A stretch of DNA of 63,812 nt, filler included, from Phoronis australis (taxonomy: Eukaryota > Animalia > Phoronida): the NCBI GenBank assembly GCA_002633005.1. It is 6 parts of 6 records of this genome, joined end to end, with 100 filler letters (N's around TTAATTAATTAA, not from the genome) between each part and the next. Parts side by side here need not be neighbours in the genome. Positions count along the whole stretch, not along the records: positions 1 to 13,420 come from NMRA01000950.1; 5 more parts are not named here. One strand, given 5' to 3'. The notes under the pieces are model-generated. The model searched no databases, was not told where the DNA came from, and saw nothing but the letters and a program-made list of their open reading frames with translations. Within the stretch, counting starts at the first letter, position 1. Each line of letters opens with the position of its first letter. The translations under genes and the position numbers were made by a program. Shown here in pieces: positions 1 to 13,520 of this stretch.

Positions 1-3000
1 GCCACTATTCCTGTATTATTACATAACTGCCTCTATTCCTGGGTTTTCAACATCAGAGCACTATCCCTGGATTTAATTACCTCAGAGATAGCATATCCCC
101 TGAAATTTATTGCACATGGAGGGCATAGCCTCATTATGTTACATTGGCCAGAGGTAGGGGTGTAACTTTATCTTAGGTATCGGTAGGAAAATATACATTT
201 GACAATGGAGCTTTTGAAATTTCGTTTCATCAGCGCTTTCTCAAAACTGAAGAATTTCAAAATGTGAAATAATAATTTCTTAAATAAAGCGCGCACCGCC
301 CATGCCGGACAGTTTTTCGGAAAATTCACTAAAGAGCCTCCGACGCTCTCAGCTTCTCACGCAGACATGAAATTTAGGGCAGCAATGTAATCTATGACTT
401 CATGATCATACATCTACTAGTCTACTGACACGAGACGGAAATTGGAGACACTGACTCTCTCATACTGGGATGGGAGAGGATGACTTACTAACGAGACCGG
501 CAGACATAAGTCTTTTATTTTGCTTTAGCTGATCGTTTTTTCCTCTTGCCACAATAATTGCATCGAAGACGAACATCGTTTTGCACCTGTCTGCTTAGAA
601 TAATATGACAAAAATTCAATTTCCAATGTCGGCAACTTAAAAAATACCCGGACAGAAGCGTTATTATCTATACTTATGTTTTTTCAAGCGGTCATCGATG
701 CATAAAGAAATTACTGTAAACGTGCTTCCGTATAATTTTTGTTGTTTTGTCAAAAACTCTACTTTGCGTCCATGACCATAAGTAGTTGAAGTGACTGAAG
801 ATGCAGAAAAGTTCACCATGGCACAACGTACATGTACACTCCACTAGCGCGGATGTCTGGTATTACTGGACAGAAGGGGCGTGGACATCTTCTTATGAGA
901 CATTGTACCAGGGACGCATCGCGGCTTTGCCATATGCGTACGGTATGCTAGAAAACTGCAAATCTGTTTTAGTTCACTAAATGGGGCAATTGTCAGAGAA
1001 TAAACGAGAAAAATAAATAACGCCAGATAAAATCAAATGTATACCGTAAAGCTTTTAAAAGCAGGGGTGCCGATAATAAGACATCAAAATGTATATACAT
1101 GTATGTATACAGAAAATTAAATGTGACATATATGTTTTTCGGTCACAATCTCTAAGGAATTGAGATACAGTTACATTCCGTACAGGAATCGGTTCAGTCG
1201 GACTTTCCTGATATATGCCGTGGGATTTTGCGATTACACAGTTTTAAGAAAAAACAATAGTCGGATTACGACCATCACAAACAGTATTGTTAGGTTGCCT
1301 GTTCCAGAAAGATTCAGGATTTAGTTTGGAATGCTATATTGCATTCCATCCCAATTTTTCGACCTGAAATGGAAAACACAAAATCTACTGTCACATGAGG
1401 GTTTCGCAAAAAATTTCCTTTGCCCTATAGTAAACAATTTATTCCGTTAAAAGAAACTGGAAGGAAACTTCACACTGACTTCAAAGGACCCCTCTAAAGT
1501 TTGCGAGTAGCCAGTAAACCGAAGAACAGTCCTCTTACCGTCACACAGAAGGTGCCATGGGGTGGGCTATTCTAATGCATAAGTGGCACAACCCATTGAA
1601 CTATACATGTATAGACGACTAAAGACAATCACATCCCAAATTTACCTTAATTTGCAATCTGTATCGAATTGCGGATATCGAGTTGGCATCCTACCAATTT
1701 TGAAATACTGCTGTAAGAACCCGATGACATCGCGTCTACGCAATAATGATTTTGATTGGTTGAGCTCGATTGCCATGAAGCAGCATTGTGTTTAGTAATA
1801 CACATAGGCAAACCAATAATAATGAAAAAAAACGGTGTGAAATATATAAGTTTAATATGGTCGACTGCCTTTCATGTAGCTCCGTTTAATCCTCTCGGAA
1901 AGCACTATTCCCTTTACCGTTTCACAACACAAAACGTGATTCATCAATCGAGATGCCGCTCTCACTAGCGCCAACAAGTCGTAAGTCATGAACACGTTTT
2001 ACTGCCAGTTCATGAACAGTGAGTTTCAATTTAATTCAAAGTATGACAGGCAATTCTGTTGATACACCGACAGAATCTCAAAAATCATTCTGTATAATCC
2101 GTGCTTAATTCCCATTTCTTGACATTGATAACGTTTTTAAGCAGCCAAGCATGAAAAGCAGAAAGAGTTCCGATGACCCGGGAAAGTCATTAAAACCTGA
2201 ATGCATATCTTAGACAAAATGCTTTACACAAGTTACGACAGCGCTTCTGAACACGAACCTGGCTAAACGGAATTAATGTACGAGGCAAATATCTTAATAA
2301 CGGATGTTGTCTAAAACGATTAAATGGCGGAGTTCTTTAGGATTACATAAACGTTGCGGGTTCTGTCCAACAACCGAACGTTTGATTCCAGTTACGGCCA
2401 CATCACATTGGTGTTGTTATAAAGTAAAAGCTATGAAAACAATATGCGAATTTTGGGTCGGAAAGAAATGGCAGTTCGTTAACGCAATCGACGCGTAAAA
2501 TAACCCGCTCGGTGGAAAGCCAACTTTACGAGATTGATCTCACGGGCAACGAACTGGCAATTCCTTCGGAATCATCGACTCAATTAGGCCCAATGTATTG
2601 GTGCTGTGCTGTATACGGATAGCCGTGACGTCTTGTCGGTTTGTAAAGTGCTAGTGCTGAGTGTAATTGCGGCTCCCTATACATAGCTCAGCTTTAAGTC
2701 TAATAGTAACTTTGGCGCATTGGAATTTTCCACAATGTCATGATGCTGGGAAATTCCCTTACATGTATCTCGTCAAAATGATCTGATGATGTCAGAACGG
2801 CAACACATAACTGAAAAACATCTATGCAGCTCATATTACTGTGTGATTACCTTTAACAATGACACGCGATGAGCGAAATAAACCAACAGTTTTTGGCCAC
2901 CGTGGGTAAGATCAAAAATTCTTAAAAACAGTCAGTAGCCAAAATCAAATAACTGCCACGCTCAAACTGAGGTCTACATGCAGGTCGGCATTTTATCCAG

Positions 3001-3603
3001 CCTCACAAAACACGCATTCCGGAGTCTCCAGGTTTCGATGACCACGTTTATACTTTCAAAAATGCACCGTAAAACATACGCACGTGACTATGTGATATAT
3101 TATGATCATTTGAAACTATTAACTTTACCTGTGATGCCATCTTCTTGCTCTGTGGTCCAATAACTTTCAGTATCTATTTGAGAGCCTGGGAATTTCCCAA
3201 AATCTATCAATGGGATTTAATCATAGCGCCACCTGTTGTCCGATAAGGACACAACTTCTGTCCAAAAACATTCTCTTTGCGATTCCCAGACTACTAGCCG
3301 CAAGGGTTGCTCTGGAGACTTTCTGGCTTAACCGCTCAACTGAGTTTTGATCGAGAGTTGCAGTTATCAAATAAAGCCTAAAATTTCTTTATTTCATTTT
3401 CAGTTTGTTTTTATTGTTCATCTGGGAATATTATTTCATTATAGTCCTAGTGTGTTCATCAAAATCAAGACTCTTCTGATGTACAGTGCCATACAATCAG
3501 TGATTTCTCGGCAAAGTTAGTCAGCCAACACGACAGTTACGCTGGTCTTATAAGCACCTGTGGCCCTGGGTGGATGCCGGGAATAGCCTCTGATATCCTT
3601 TCT

Positions 3604-3640
3604 GTGTGGGTGTGTGTGTGTGTGTTTGTGTGCGTGTGTG
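3604..3640. repeat. (GT)n microsatellite, imperfect
   Basis: gtgtgggtgtgtgtgtgtgtgtttgtgtgcgtgtgtg. Confidence 0.85.
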
Positions 3641-4709
3641 TTACTGTTTTCAGTGCTTATATTGTACAACGTTCACCTCTTGCTCAGCCGATGCCGTTTT
3701 CTGTTAATTCGACTTCTGGGAAGTACATGTAGGCTTACTGTTAACTGTAGCTTTTACCTGTATACCCGTGAAATAATATTTCAACAAATGAAAAGTGTAC
3801 CTTGTAAAAGAACCCAATCCGGTACTTCGTGTTGACGGTGTTCAGTGTGTTTGTCAATAGTCCAGTTCTTGGCAGACTGTCCCATATTTTATTTTTCCGC
3901 CATCCCGATACACCATCTACATCTAATTATCCCGCTACAGCATCTACATCTACTTATCCCGCTACACGACCAAAATTGACATGTTACCATACCTTATTGT
4001 AATTTCACACGCTACGTACCGATATTTCCAGCTCAGCTGAAATGGAAATAACGGAACGTTTCATGGGTTCTTGCATCACCCGTAATTTCCCATTCAACTC
4101 AGTGAAAAAATGCAGCAACTACGAAAAACAACAAAAAACTGCATTTTTGGGTTGTACATCTGCCGTACCGGCTACAAGATAAAACGCTAAGGGTACGTTT
4201 TTTGTGTTTTGCAGGGAACATTTCACCTTAACGCTTTAGTTTGGCCCCATATATGTACATGTATGTTCCGCTTTTTATCATGAAATCCCGCTTCTTTAAT
4301 CCAGTTGTTCCGTTTTGTTTTTCGTTCTCTAATGTTGACTGTGACAAATATGCAACAAGTATTCAAAATAATAATCTCTCTTTTATTGTTGATTTCCACA
4401 ATCCATTTTCTCGAGAAACGCGGATATCGTAACCATCTTAGCCACGGTAACTTACACTATACATTTGTATGTATCAGGATCAATAACCGTCACTTCTGAA
4501 GAGAAAAGTTTATGTCTAAACTGTTGTCAAAAGCCCTAAGCCAATGTCATGAGCTACCCACAGTACATTTCAACGATACCTGATAGATGGTTGCGCTGCC
4601 CATTTTCTATCTATCAAAAAACCTTGACATTTCGGATAGACACTTGGAGTAGGTTATCGCGTTTTTCGTAAATGCCATTGCATTCCGAATTTTACTGAAG
4701 AATGTAATA

Positions 4710-4777
4710 CATGGGCGGCGCACCATAGGGGGCTGGGGGGCTATAGCCCCACTTTTTTCAGTGCTACGCCGCCCATG
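4710..4777. mobile_element. 68-bp MITE, 5-bp TSD
   Basis: CATGGGCGGCG...CGCCGCCCATG flanked by TAATA on both sides. Confidence 0.75.
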
Positions 4778-5590
4778 TAATAGTATCAAACGGCACCAAG
4801 GATAGGCCTACAAGCAATGATGTGTAATTTTAGACGAATGCCTGACTCCACTTACACAGCAAGTGTGCAGGTTTCATCGTTTAAAACCTTTGTCTTTACA
4901 TTGTAGAAGTCATTTGAATCATTGAAATTATTTCCCGAATACACGTAGCGTTACTAGCCATTGATACCTCTCTCGTTCACTCCCAATTTTATTGCTTTTA
5001 GTCGCTGTTATTTTTCGCATTTTGGTAACACTCATTTGCTTCTGATGTAATGATCAAGAACTGACAAATGATATAGCTTATGCAAATTAAGCAGTTGAAA
5101 AACATCTGAGTTGTGACAAAATGTAATAACATTAAATTCCATTAACAAATACATGTACACATAACAGAACGAATGAATGCATCCAAACAAACTCTCCACG
5201 ACTAGATCGGAGGTGATATTAGAGGACTCAGAGTTTCAACGGGGAATCAACATTTGGCCAGACTCAAAACTGACCACTTGCTCGGACTTCAAAACCACGA
5301 GCTTGCTGGTCTGCAAAAACCAATGACAGGTTTTCGAACATGGTGGTCGGTAATCCAAACGGGGTTGGCTGGAATTTCAAAACCAACTGGTCGTAACTGG
5401 CTGGACCATCGGGTTCGCCAGTGCTCAAACACAATAGCCGATCCTGAAATCGCCGAATTTGAACAGAACTAAAAACGGATACGATAAACGAAACATAAAT
5501 ACTAGATATCAATGAATCCTTCGAGACATTCAAAGCGACTCACTGAAGAAGTGCGGACGTCGTGTTCGATGATAACCGGTAAACTGGTTG

Positions 5591-6880
5591 TAGTGTTCCG
5601 GCCCGTATTGGAATCTGGCCCGTATTGGAATATTCCAATACGGTCCGTTCCCGTATTGGAATTCCAGTACGGGCGGCCCGTATTGGAATAATACTTTAAA
5701 ACGATAAATTGATCATAAAACTTTATAATTCGCTATGTTTTCATAAAATAGAAGTTTTCTTTCATAGTTTTAATATAAAACGGACACTCACAACGTCGTG
5801 TTGCTATTAAATCCTCAATCTTTGTGCGAGATTGACAGAGTCTAAATTCAAAATGGCGGCTATTACGAGTTGCAGGAGTGCAAGGCAAATTATTTTGAAA
5901 ATTTAGCTTCTACCAGAACATTTTCGACGAATTTGAATATTGCTATATATAAAAAGATCATGCTAAAATATGCTCTTAAGTTTCCACGTATTTTCTACCA
6001 ACTTTAAAGGTCTACTGTCGCCGCGATTCCAATACGGGACACACACTCGGGCAGCGGCCCGTAGTATTGGAATCGCGCGGCGATCACAAACTTCGGCTTC
6101 AAAATGACATGAATGCAAAACTCCCATCATCGAAATAATTGTGTCAACCAAACTACACTTTATATTGAACATTTTGACATGGTCTGATCACAGTTCGGAA
6201 GAGGCGTTTTGGGTTTTTTTAACAGTTCAGGCGACCTCCTTCACCGTCCCTCACTGGGATCTCTTACGGGTTCGTATTGGAATTTGGGTTAATTACATGA
6301 TTAAAAACTTTCAAAGGTAACAATTTCTAAAAGTTTGCATGTTGATTGTATAAAAGGACCATCTAATATCTTTCCATGAACTTTTACGTATTTTGCACCA
6401 ACTTTAAAGGCCTACTATCGCCGATTCCAATACGTACGGGACAGGCCTCATACAGCCGGCCTGTATTGGAATTTGAGCTAATTAGTTGATTAAAACCTTT
6501 CAAAGCAAACAATTTTGACCAGTTTGTTTATAAACTGATGTGAAATTACCAACTGATGTCTTTCCTTGAATTTTTATGCACTTTGCATCAACTTAAAAGG
6601 GCTACTGTCGCCCGACGAGTCCCGAGGCGGGACCGTGACAGCCGGGCCTCCGACAGCCGGCCCGTATTGGAATTTGAGCTACTGAATTAGTTGATTAAAA
6701 CCTTACAAAAGGTAACAATTTTGACCAATNCGTCCCCGCCGTTGGAATCGGCGACACTAGAGTAGCCCTGTGACAGGCCCGACAGCCGCCCCGTATTGGA
6801 ATTTGACCTAATTAGTTGATTAAAACCTTAAAAAAGGTAACAATTTTGACCAGTTTGTATATGAATTGATGTGAAATGAC
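5591..6880. mobile_element. DNA-transposon-like repeat with reiterated CCGTATTGGAA motifs and degenerate tandem units
   Basis: Starts TAGTGTTCCGG; many copies of GTATTGGAAT/TTCCAATAC in both orientations; recurring gtattggaatttgagctaattagttgattaaaacc block. Confidence 0.55.
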
Positions 6881-7942
6881 CATTGTGCCGGTTTGGAAGT
6901 CCTGGCAACTCGTTTAATCCTGAGGGCAGTTTTATTTTGGGCGAACCCCGGCACTCAGCTCGTGGTAGGCCTACTTCACGCTTTCTACATTGTGAAAATG
7001 TATATGTTAAAATGTATAGTTTCGTTTATATTTGGTATACATCACGGACTTAGGTAGCTTCATTGTAACACAGGACCTTTGAGTTTATCTCTTTCTCGAT
7101 TATAACCAATGACTGAAAACAGTTATGAGTGGCATTGCCAACTAACGTCGCGGGCCTGTGACTAGTGTCCCGTACTGCCGGCAGGCGACACTAGGTCACG
7201 TGCTTGTGCTCTGCGTGAACTTGAAATTTGGCTGCATCTCTAGATCACAGATGCGTTAACCTAGACTTTCGTATTCATAAAAGAAATAAGATGAAAATTT
7301 TGTTCATTGCAAAAACATTTCTCTAATTATTGCCCCCACCATCCTACCTTGCCCCCTTTATCCTAATTTGTAGCACCTAAAAACGGAATATGCGAATTGT
7401 TGATCAGAGAATAATAACCCAATACTGAGCTGAAAAACTGTAATCGTAAAGTTTGGGCAACACCTTGTTTTACTAGCATCTGATTTGTTAAATTGCACTG
7501 TACTTTTAACGTGATTATTTTTAGTGCACCTGCTAACTGTGTTTTTCAGGGAATCCATGTTCATTGATGCAATCGTGATCTTGAGACACGTCAAAATTCC
7601 ATGCTCAAGTACAACATGTGGACCCGAAGCAGCTGATATCTTTTGCATAACCTCCCGGTATCACCTCGTGACTGTTTCGCAATATTTACATTAAAAAGTA
7701 AAATGACACCACCTGAGCCGTTCAGTTTGCTTTGCTGACTAGGTAAGGAGTTCAGAAATACAACGTCTTTCCAAAGTACGAACAGACGTCAGACGTCGAT
7801 CCCCAGTCTCACTCAGCCACTGCTGCTACCGATGCGAATTGGACATCACTCATCAGGGCACAGGCAGACAGTGAAATTAGACTGAAGCATGCACAGACAA
7901 ATCCTCACTGATCTCTTAGCCTAGCCTTCACTTCAGGTGCGC

Positions 7943-8366
7943 ATGGAGCAATTTGTTTGGAACGGTGCATTGGCGTTCATTCTGTTAATATCGTCACAAT
8001 TTTACACTGCCAACTGTCATAATGCGGCTCAGCGAACGCTTCCCGATCACCTTGCTGCAACCATTGGTGCAGTCGGAGCCGGTGATTTCCGTCGTGTATT
8101 GGATGATCTTTCAAGATTGCGAGCGAACTTCACAAATGAACAATCACTGTATGATATTGTGCCAGAAGATGGATTGCTGAAACTCAATCTTCACACAAAA
8201 AGTGGTGTGGCTGAATTCGTGCAAGCAGTTTTGACAAGAGTCCGAACTTATTCACAGACCACACAGGCCAAGGGTCAGGCACCAGGTTTAGTCTCTCCAA
8301 GGTGTTGGAATGCAACACAATCCATTGTCCGTGGGCTCTTGTCAAATCAGATTTGGGCCTTGAAGT
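7943..8366 (+). CDS. nrf-6: NRF-6-like exon 1 (signal peptide, start of NRF domain)
   Basis: ATG at 7943, hydrophobic N-terminus, ends WALK-T|gtaagt. Confidence 0.8.
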
Positions 8367-11300
8367 GTAAGTACCGTATTGCAGTACCTGGCTGATTTTT
8401 TGTTGCAATGAGGAAGTCTCGGAGCACTAATTACCTCCCAAGGTTCAGTTGTGATTTGTGTGCCTACACCTGCCCCTCAGACAGATCATTCAGTTTGTGG
8501 CGTTTCACCTTACATGATAATTATGTCAAATATGATGTATTACGATCTTGCAGTCTTCATGTATGTCTGTCGACAATGTTTCAAAAGTACTTGCCTTCGT
8601 TTGGCAAATCTTACGCTAACAGGCTTTTTATGAAAGTAGATGAGAAACCATGCACTATTTACCCTAGAGCATCCAGCGAATTCCTTGCAAAATCAAAGGC
8701 TCGATGGCGCCGTCACAGATTAAAGTTAGCTAGACGCTATCCATGGGATTGGCTAAATGTATAGTGCATGAGATAATTGTTGTAAACCAACACGCCTCTT
8801 TAGCGTAGGTGTGTCGCAGTAAAAAACAAGAATAAGTGAGTTAAACAAACAACGTGACAGTTTTTAAAATTTGAAAAGTAAATGGTATCCAAGTGTGAAT
8901 TTTTAAGTTGATGCATTGTAAGAGAAATTAGAGAATAAGTTTTCTTCAGGATTGTGGCTATAGCCACAAACGTTAGTTTGCAAGTTGATCAGGATAGGTT
9001 TGCCACATTCCGGTTTATAAGCTATCTTTAGGCGTTGGGGTAACAAAACCCCAAATTTAGTGTAGGAGTTGCCTAATGTTGCGATCAAAAGACAATATAT
9101 TTTAAGGTGTCCCAGCTGGATTTTATAAGCCTCAGGGTTTCCATTTCAAAAATGGCATTGCTCTGATATGCACGTTTTTGGGACACTTCTCATTTTCAGT
9201 TATTGATGCATTTGGCAAGCCAGCCAGCTCTATATTTCGTGATGGTCGTGTCACATGGCTCGGCTCCTACACTGAGTGCAGAGAAACTATATCGACTCCA
9301 GTATCCGGACTTATTGAGGAGACATTTCATGGCAAATATTGCCTGGCCTATATACCAATCCACTCCAAAATAAAGGTAAGGTAATAACCACTACTCTCAA
9401 GCTTAATTTGTACGGGTAGTGTAGTATAAGTGACTTTGTTATTACGTGGACACACGGACGACCATCTTACGATTGTAGATCGACGTAGTTTCAGTGTTCC
9501 CAATAAACCTAGTTTATTCTTATTATTCTACATGGTGGCAGCTTTTTAACTACAGGATGGAACTCATTAAGCCTCCTAGCGAAGATCTAGACCTCAATTC
9601 AGGCAATGTCTCTGAAAATTTGTAGAGGTAGGGCCCTCAATGCCTGGATTTTGATACAGATTATCAGCTTCATTCCTCCAACATGAAAAGTATTTTAAAA
9701 GTCATGCAAAATTCTTACCATCAAGCACTAAATATCCCTTCCAATGATTAAGGATATTCCCCTCATGGGGCATTAATTGTTGAAGAATGTTGGAGATGGG
9801 GGATTTCCCTGAACAAAAAATCTCCCCTCTTATGAGGTACAGGCACCTTTCTCTACAGGTGAGCCTTTTGGTGTGGTCCAAATGAATTCGGCCTTCACCC
9901 AACTACCAATAAAAATAGTAAAATGCTATTAAATTTTATTGCTTGCGTCTGTATAAGATTTTTATTTTTTAAAATTTTATTGTCTGCATGTATTTATATT
10001 TGTTCCTAAATGTTTCATTTGCTATAAAAAATTCTATGCTAGATTAAATTCAAATTGCGGGGAGCCACGTAATATTTTAGTGTTGGTAGTGCAAATGAAA
10101 GCAAACTTCATTCTGAAAATTTAAATTCCTTTATGTCAACTCATTGATTTTGGACATTGCAATTTTAAGATTTCAAACCTTGAAAACACACAATACTCCT
10201 AGATAATATCAACTTCAAACACCTGTTGAAAGTTTGGAGCCTCAAAAATCACATGTCTCATGATGCACTACTGAAGATAAGCCTGGTTTGCAACTATAGT
10301 GAGAAGTTAGTCTTTTTGAGGCCAAAAGATCAGTTAAAATACACACTCAAGACAGGAGTTTATTAAGCAGGGCAGAGTATGTATACACTGGTTCAAAGCA
10401 ATTCACTGAAACAGCAAATAGGAAACTCCTGGACATTCTTCTTAGTTATTGTACATGTTCGTGTTTGAAAGGACTTGTTTTTTCAAGTGGGTGAAGTTTT
10501 TGAGTTACACTATCTAGTGTTACCCCTGCATTTGAAAGGAATGTGGTGGTGAATGGTCCCAGTGGGATGCTCATTATGTTGCCACACTCTAGTATGGGAA
10601 GTGGTATCCCCCCATTGCCTGCGCATCGAAAGAAGCGTAATTATGGTAAATGATGACAGGGGATGTGGATCCCATCTGACCCTGCACTGAAGTGTCTTTG
10701 TGTGAACTCGATGATTTTTGTATCATTGTAACATATTTTAATTGCGGACACTCCAGCGAAGGGCTGCAGACAACATGTTAAAATTAAATTTGGTTGTAGG
10801 CACGCACTCACAACAAAAATATTTGAACCTGTCTCGACTTAATTAACTTCCGTTATTATCGTATTCGCCATTTTAGAAAACTAATATCAAGGTTCATTTA
10901 AGATCAAGGTCATTGCCTGATCCATGACTGTTGAATTGCTGTTCATTGTCAGATAACCATCCGTTAACAAATGTCAGTCAGGTCACTTAACGAACACAAG
11001 GAAGGAAAGGAATAAAATGATTCATTATGTTTAACAAGGGGAAAAGTTAAAAAGATTTGGTTTAAATTATTGTTTTTCCCGATCCATTCCCTAACATTGA
11101 CGGTAGTCATGTAACTTGTGTACTGTATATTCAATTTTACTTGCAATTTTTATAGTAGTGAAATTTCCTTACGTTGGGGTTAGGTGTATGGCAGTCAATT
11201 TGGGTAAGCTTTACCAGTAGTGGGGACATAAAGGAGAAACACTGCACTTATGCTTTGTCAAGTTTATGGTCTTGAGGCACAATTCTTTAAATAGACATTG

Positions 11301-12659
11301 TTTATACTTACGATAAAAGCATGGAAGTTTTGAGGCATCCAGTTAAGGTAACAAAATACAGAAAAAAATTAAGTCAAATACTGGAAATTACTTAGTGCTT
11401 GAGTTAGCGACGCTGCGTACGTCTTTCACAAACGTCACCATGGCTACTGATGTTACTATTTTAATACAAGCAAGCACAAAAGTAGTGCAGGAAAAGTAAA
11501 ACAATTTCAAATTCAATTATGATTTTTTCGAACTTGAACTTTGGTATTATCACTTCCTGCTAATTGCACTGGCTTCACATAACAGATTTTTTTGGTGACG
11601 GGAATTCAATTTAGGAATTATTTTTTTCAAGCTGTAATCGAAGTGAAACATTAGTCCAAGTACTGAACAAGTGATTATCATAAAAGCAATATTTTTGACA
11701 TTATACTCAATTGTCACCAGTTGAAGACTACGTGCTGCATTCACTACTTCAATACCTTTATTTATCTGTATGCCGTGTACTTTGAATTTTACTTGTGTCT
11801 GATTGCGAAGTTCATACAAACTGAATGACATCACAGTTATCTGATTGAAGTCCTAGTGTCAAGATAATTAGTCTATGCAGATGTCAATAGTTTAGGCTGC
11901 GTTCTGTACCCCTGGCTGGCCAGGAAATCCACAGAATTCATAGTATTTATGCATATTTGTGAAATTTGCATTCCCATTTTAACAATTTTCTGGTTGAAAT
12001 TTTGCAGTATATTATTAATCACCAAAAGTCCTTGTTCAGTTTCAATGTTATTAAATAGCATTGCCCTAAATTTGAACCCAGTCTTGTAAGTTATACACTT
12101 GACTCATGAAAAATGCTTTTAAGTTATTTGTTTGTCAACAGATCATCTCATCCATATGGGAAGGTATTTGTATTCCTGATGTCTGCTCTGACTATGATGC
12201 CTATTTCCTTTTAAGACAGGGTAAGTAAGTAAACACGTATGCCTTAAGATAATCAGGCTAGTGTTCAGCCATGTTAATGTATATTTAGTTTGCCACAAAT
12301 AGACAGTGATCATCATCTATTAATTTACATTACCTGGTGCATACACCACCCTTTAGCCTGTTTACACGGACATGTACAGTGCACAATGCACTGTGGGTAT
12401 TCTTCTAAGAGTAATGACTGACGATAGCTTGAGAAATTAAGTCAACCCAAAACATTTATCCACACATCTATGCAAAATGTCAGGGCGGCTACATTAGTAG
12501 TCTGATGTATTCAGCTATAGTCAAATGACCTTATTTCCTCTTTCCAGGAGCAGAGACTCTCGCTACATTCCTCCCTCAGGTTGGGATCAACGCCTCTGCT
12601 GTTTACCCCTGGTGTCAACCAACGGAAAAGAGATTGGATGATAAGGCGACTGTCGCTGT
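7943..12659 (+). CDS. nrf-6: NRF-6 / O-acyltransferase-like (OACYL) gene, 5' part: signal peptide + NRF domain, 4 exons; acyltransferase exons not found in window
   Basis: GT-AG exons 7943-8366, 9200-9375, 12142-12220 and 12548-12659 splice in compatible phases (1,0,1). Product: MEQFVWNGALAFILLISS...VSPRCWNAT...WALKFIDAFGKPASSIFRDGRVTWLGSYTEC...HGKYCLAY...GICIPDVCSDYD...WCQPTEKRLDDKATVAV, matching the NRF domain pattern. The contig ends at the 13421 linker. Confidence 0.85.
9200..9375 (+). CDS. nrf-6: NRF-6-like exon 2
   Basis: ttttcag| ... aag|gtaagg; encodes IDAFGKP..WLGSYTEC..GKYC. Confidence 0.88.
12142..12220 (+). CDS. nrf-6: NRF-6-like exon 3
   Basis: caacag| IISSIWEGICIPDVCSDYDAYFLLRQ g|gtaagt; GxCxPxxCS motif. 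Confidence 0.85.
12548..12659 (+). CDS. nrf-6: NRF-6-like exon 4
   Basis: tttccag| (G)AETLATFLPQVGINASAVYPWCQPTEKRLDDKATVA(V) |gtaagt; phase-compatible with exon 3. Confidence 0.75.
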
Positions 12660-13007
12660 GTAAGTATTGTTTTACCAGCAAGCGACCACCAACAAAGAGT
12701 GCAGTGGGGGCTGTTTAAGAAAAAATTCAAATTGCCTCCATGTGGACACCCTGAATTGTTTTGCATGTCTTCTCCTCGTGGAAAATGTTGGCACGTTATC
12801 ATTATTTTGTACATTTTTGACTCTTGCTGGTGTTGTCCTTGCAGGACTTGTTCAAGTTGTCTGTTTGTTTAGCCAAGTATCTGAAAAAAATTTAGCTGTC
12901 AGTTAGAACATTCGTTTTTTGAAAATGTTTCTCTTTCTACCAGTCTGACATTAATTGGGTCGCGTAAAATTTATATTTACAATGTGACCAGTTGTAGCTC
13001 CTGTTAT

Positions 13008-13420
13008 CAGGGCTTGGAATTTTCCGCGGAAACGCTGATTTCCGCTTTTTGAAATGTGCTTTCCGCTTTTTTTATAATATTTCCGCGTAAAAAATCGGAT
13101 TTGATATGAAATTTCCGCGGCAAATTCCTTTCTTACCGCGGCGTTGCAGACGACGTTCACCTCGGAAAGCGGAAGTCTTTATGTTTCGGAGGAACGTAAA
13201 TTGTCAACATTGCCGGGGCATCTGGGTAAAGCGTGGTCTGATTTTCAATGGCGGCTCGTGTTATTGTTAAGCGCGGCGACAAATACTACCGCTCTGCAGC
13301 CAAATTTGTGTGGGTTGGGAGTGGACGGGCGAGCGAAAAGGACGCAGACGCATGCTACTGATGGTGGTAACGTTTTTTTTTTCAGTCCTCCCGATTTTTG
13401 TCACGGAAAGGTTCACATTG
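13008..13420. mobile_element. Left end of a CAGGG-type hAT-like element, cut by gap
   Basis: CAGGGCTTGGAA start, then reiterated TTTCCGC(GG) subterminal motifs. Confidence 0.45.
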
Positions 13421-13520
13421 NNNNNNNNNNNNNNNNNNNNNNNNNNNNNNNNNNNNNNNNNNNNTTAATTAATTAANNNNNNNNNNNNNNNNNNNNNNNN
13501 NNNNNNNNNNNNNNNNNNNN
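13421..13520. other. Artificial 100-nt assembly linker N44-TTAATTAATTAA-N44 (also 36890-36989, 40921-41020, 60127-60226, 62671-62770; plain N gap 61501-61615)
   Basis: Identical six-frame-stop 12-mer centred in Ns five times. Confidence 0.97.

Noticed and set aside
1583-7648. Numerous 60-100 aa ORFs here and elsewhere in the track
   Set aside because: No recognisable motifs or splice-compatible partners; consistent with chance ORFs in intergenic, intronic and repeat DNA.
13465-13476. Recurrent TTAATTAATTAA motif
   Set aside because: Six-frame-stop assembly linker inside N runs, not biological.
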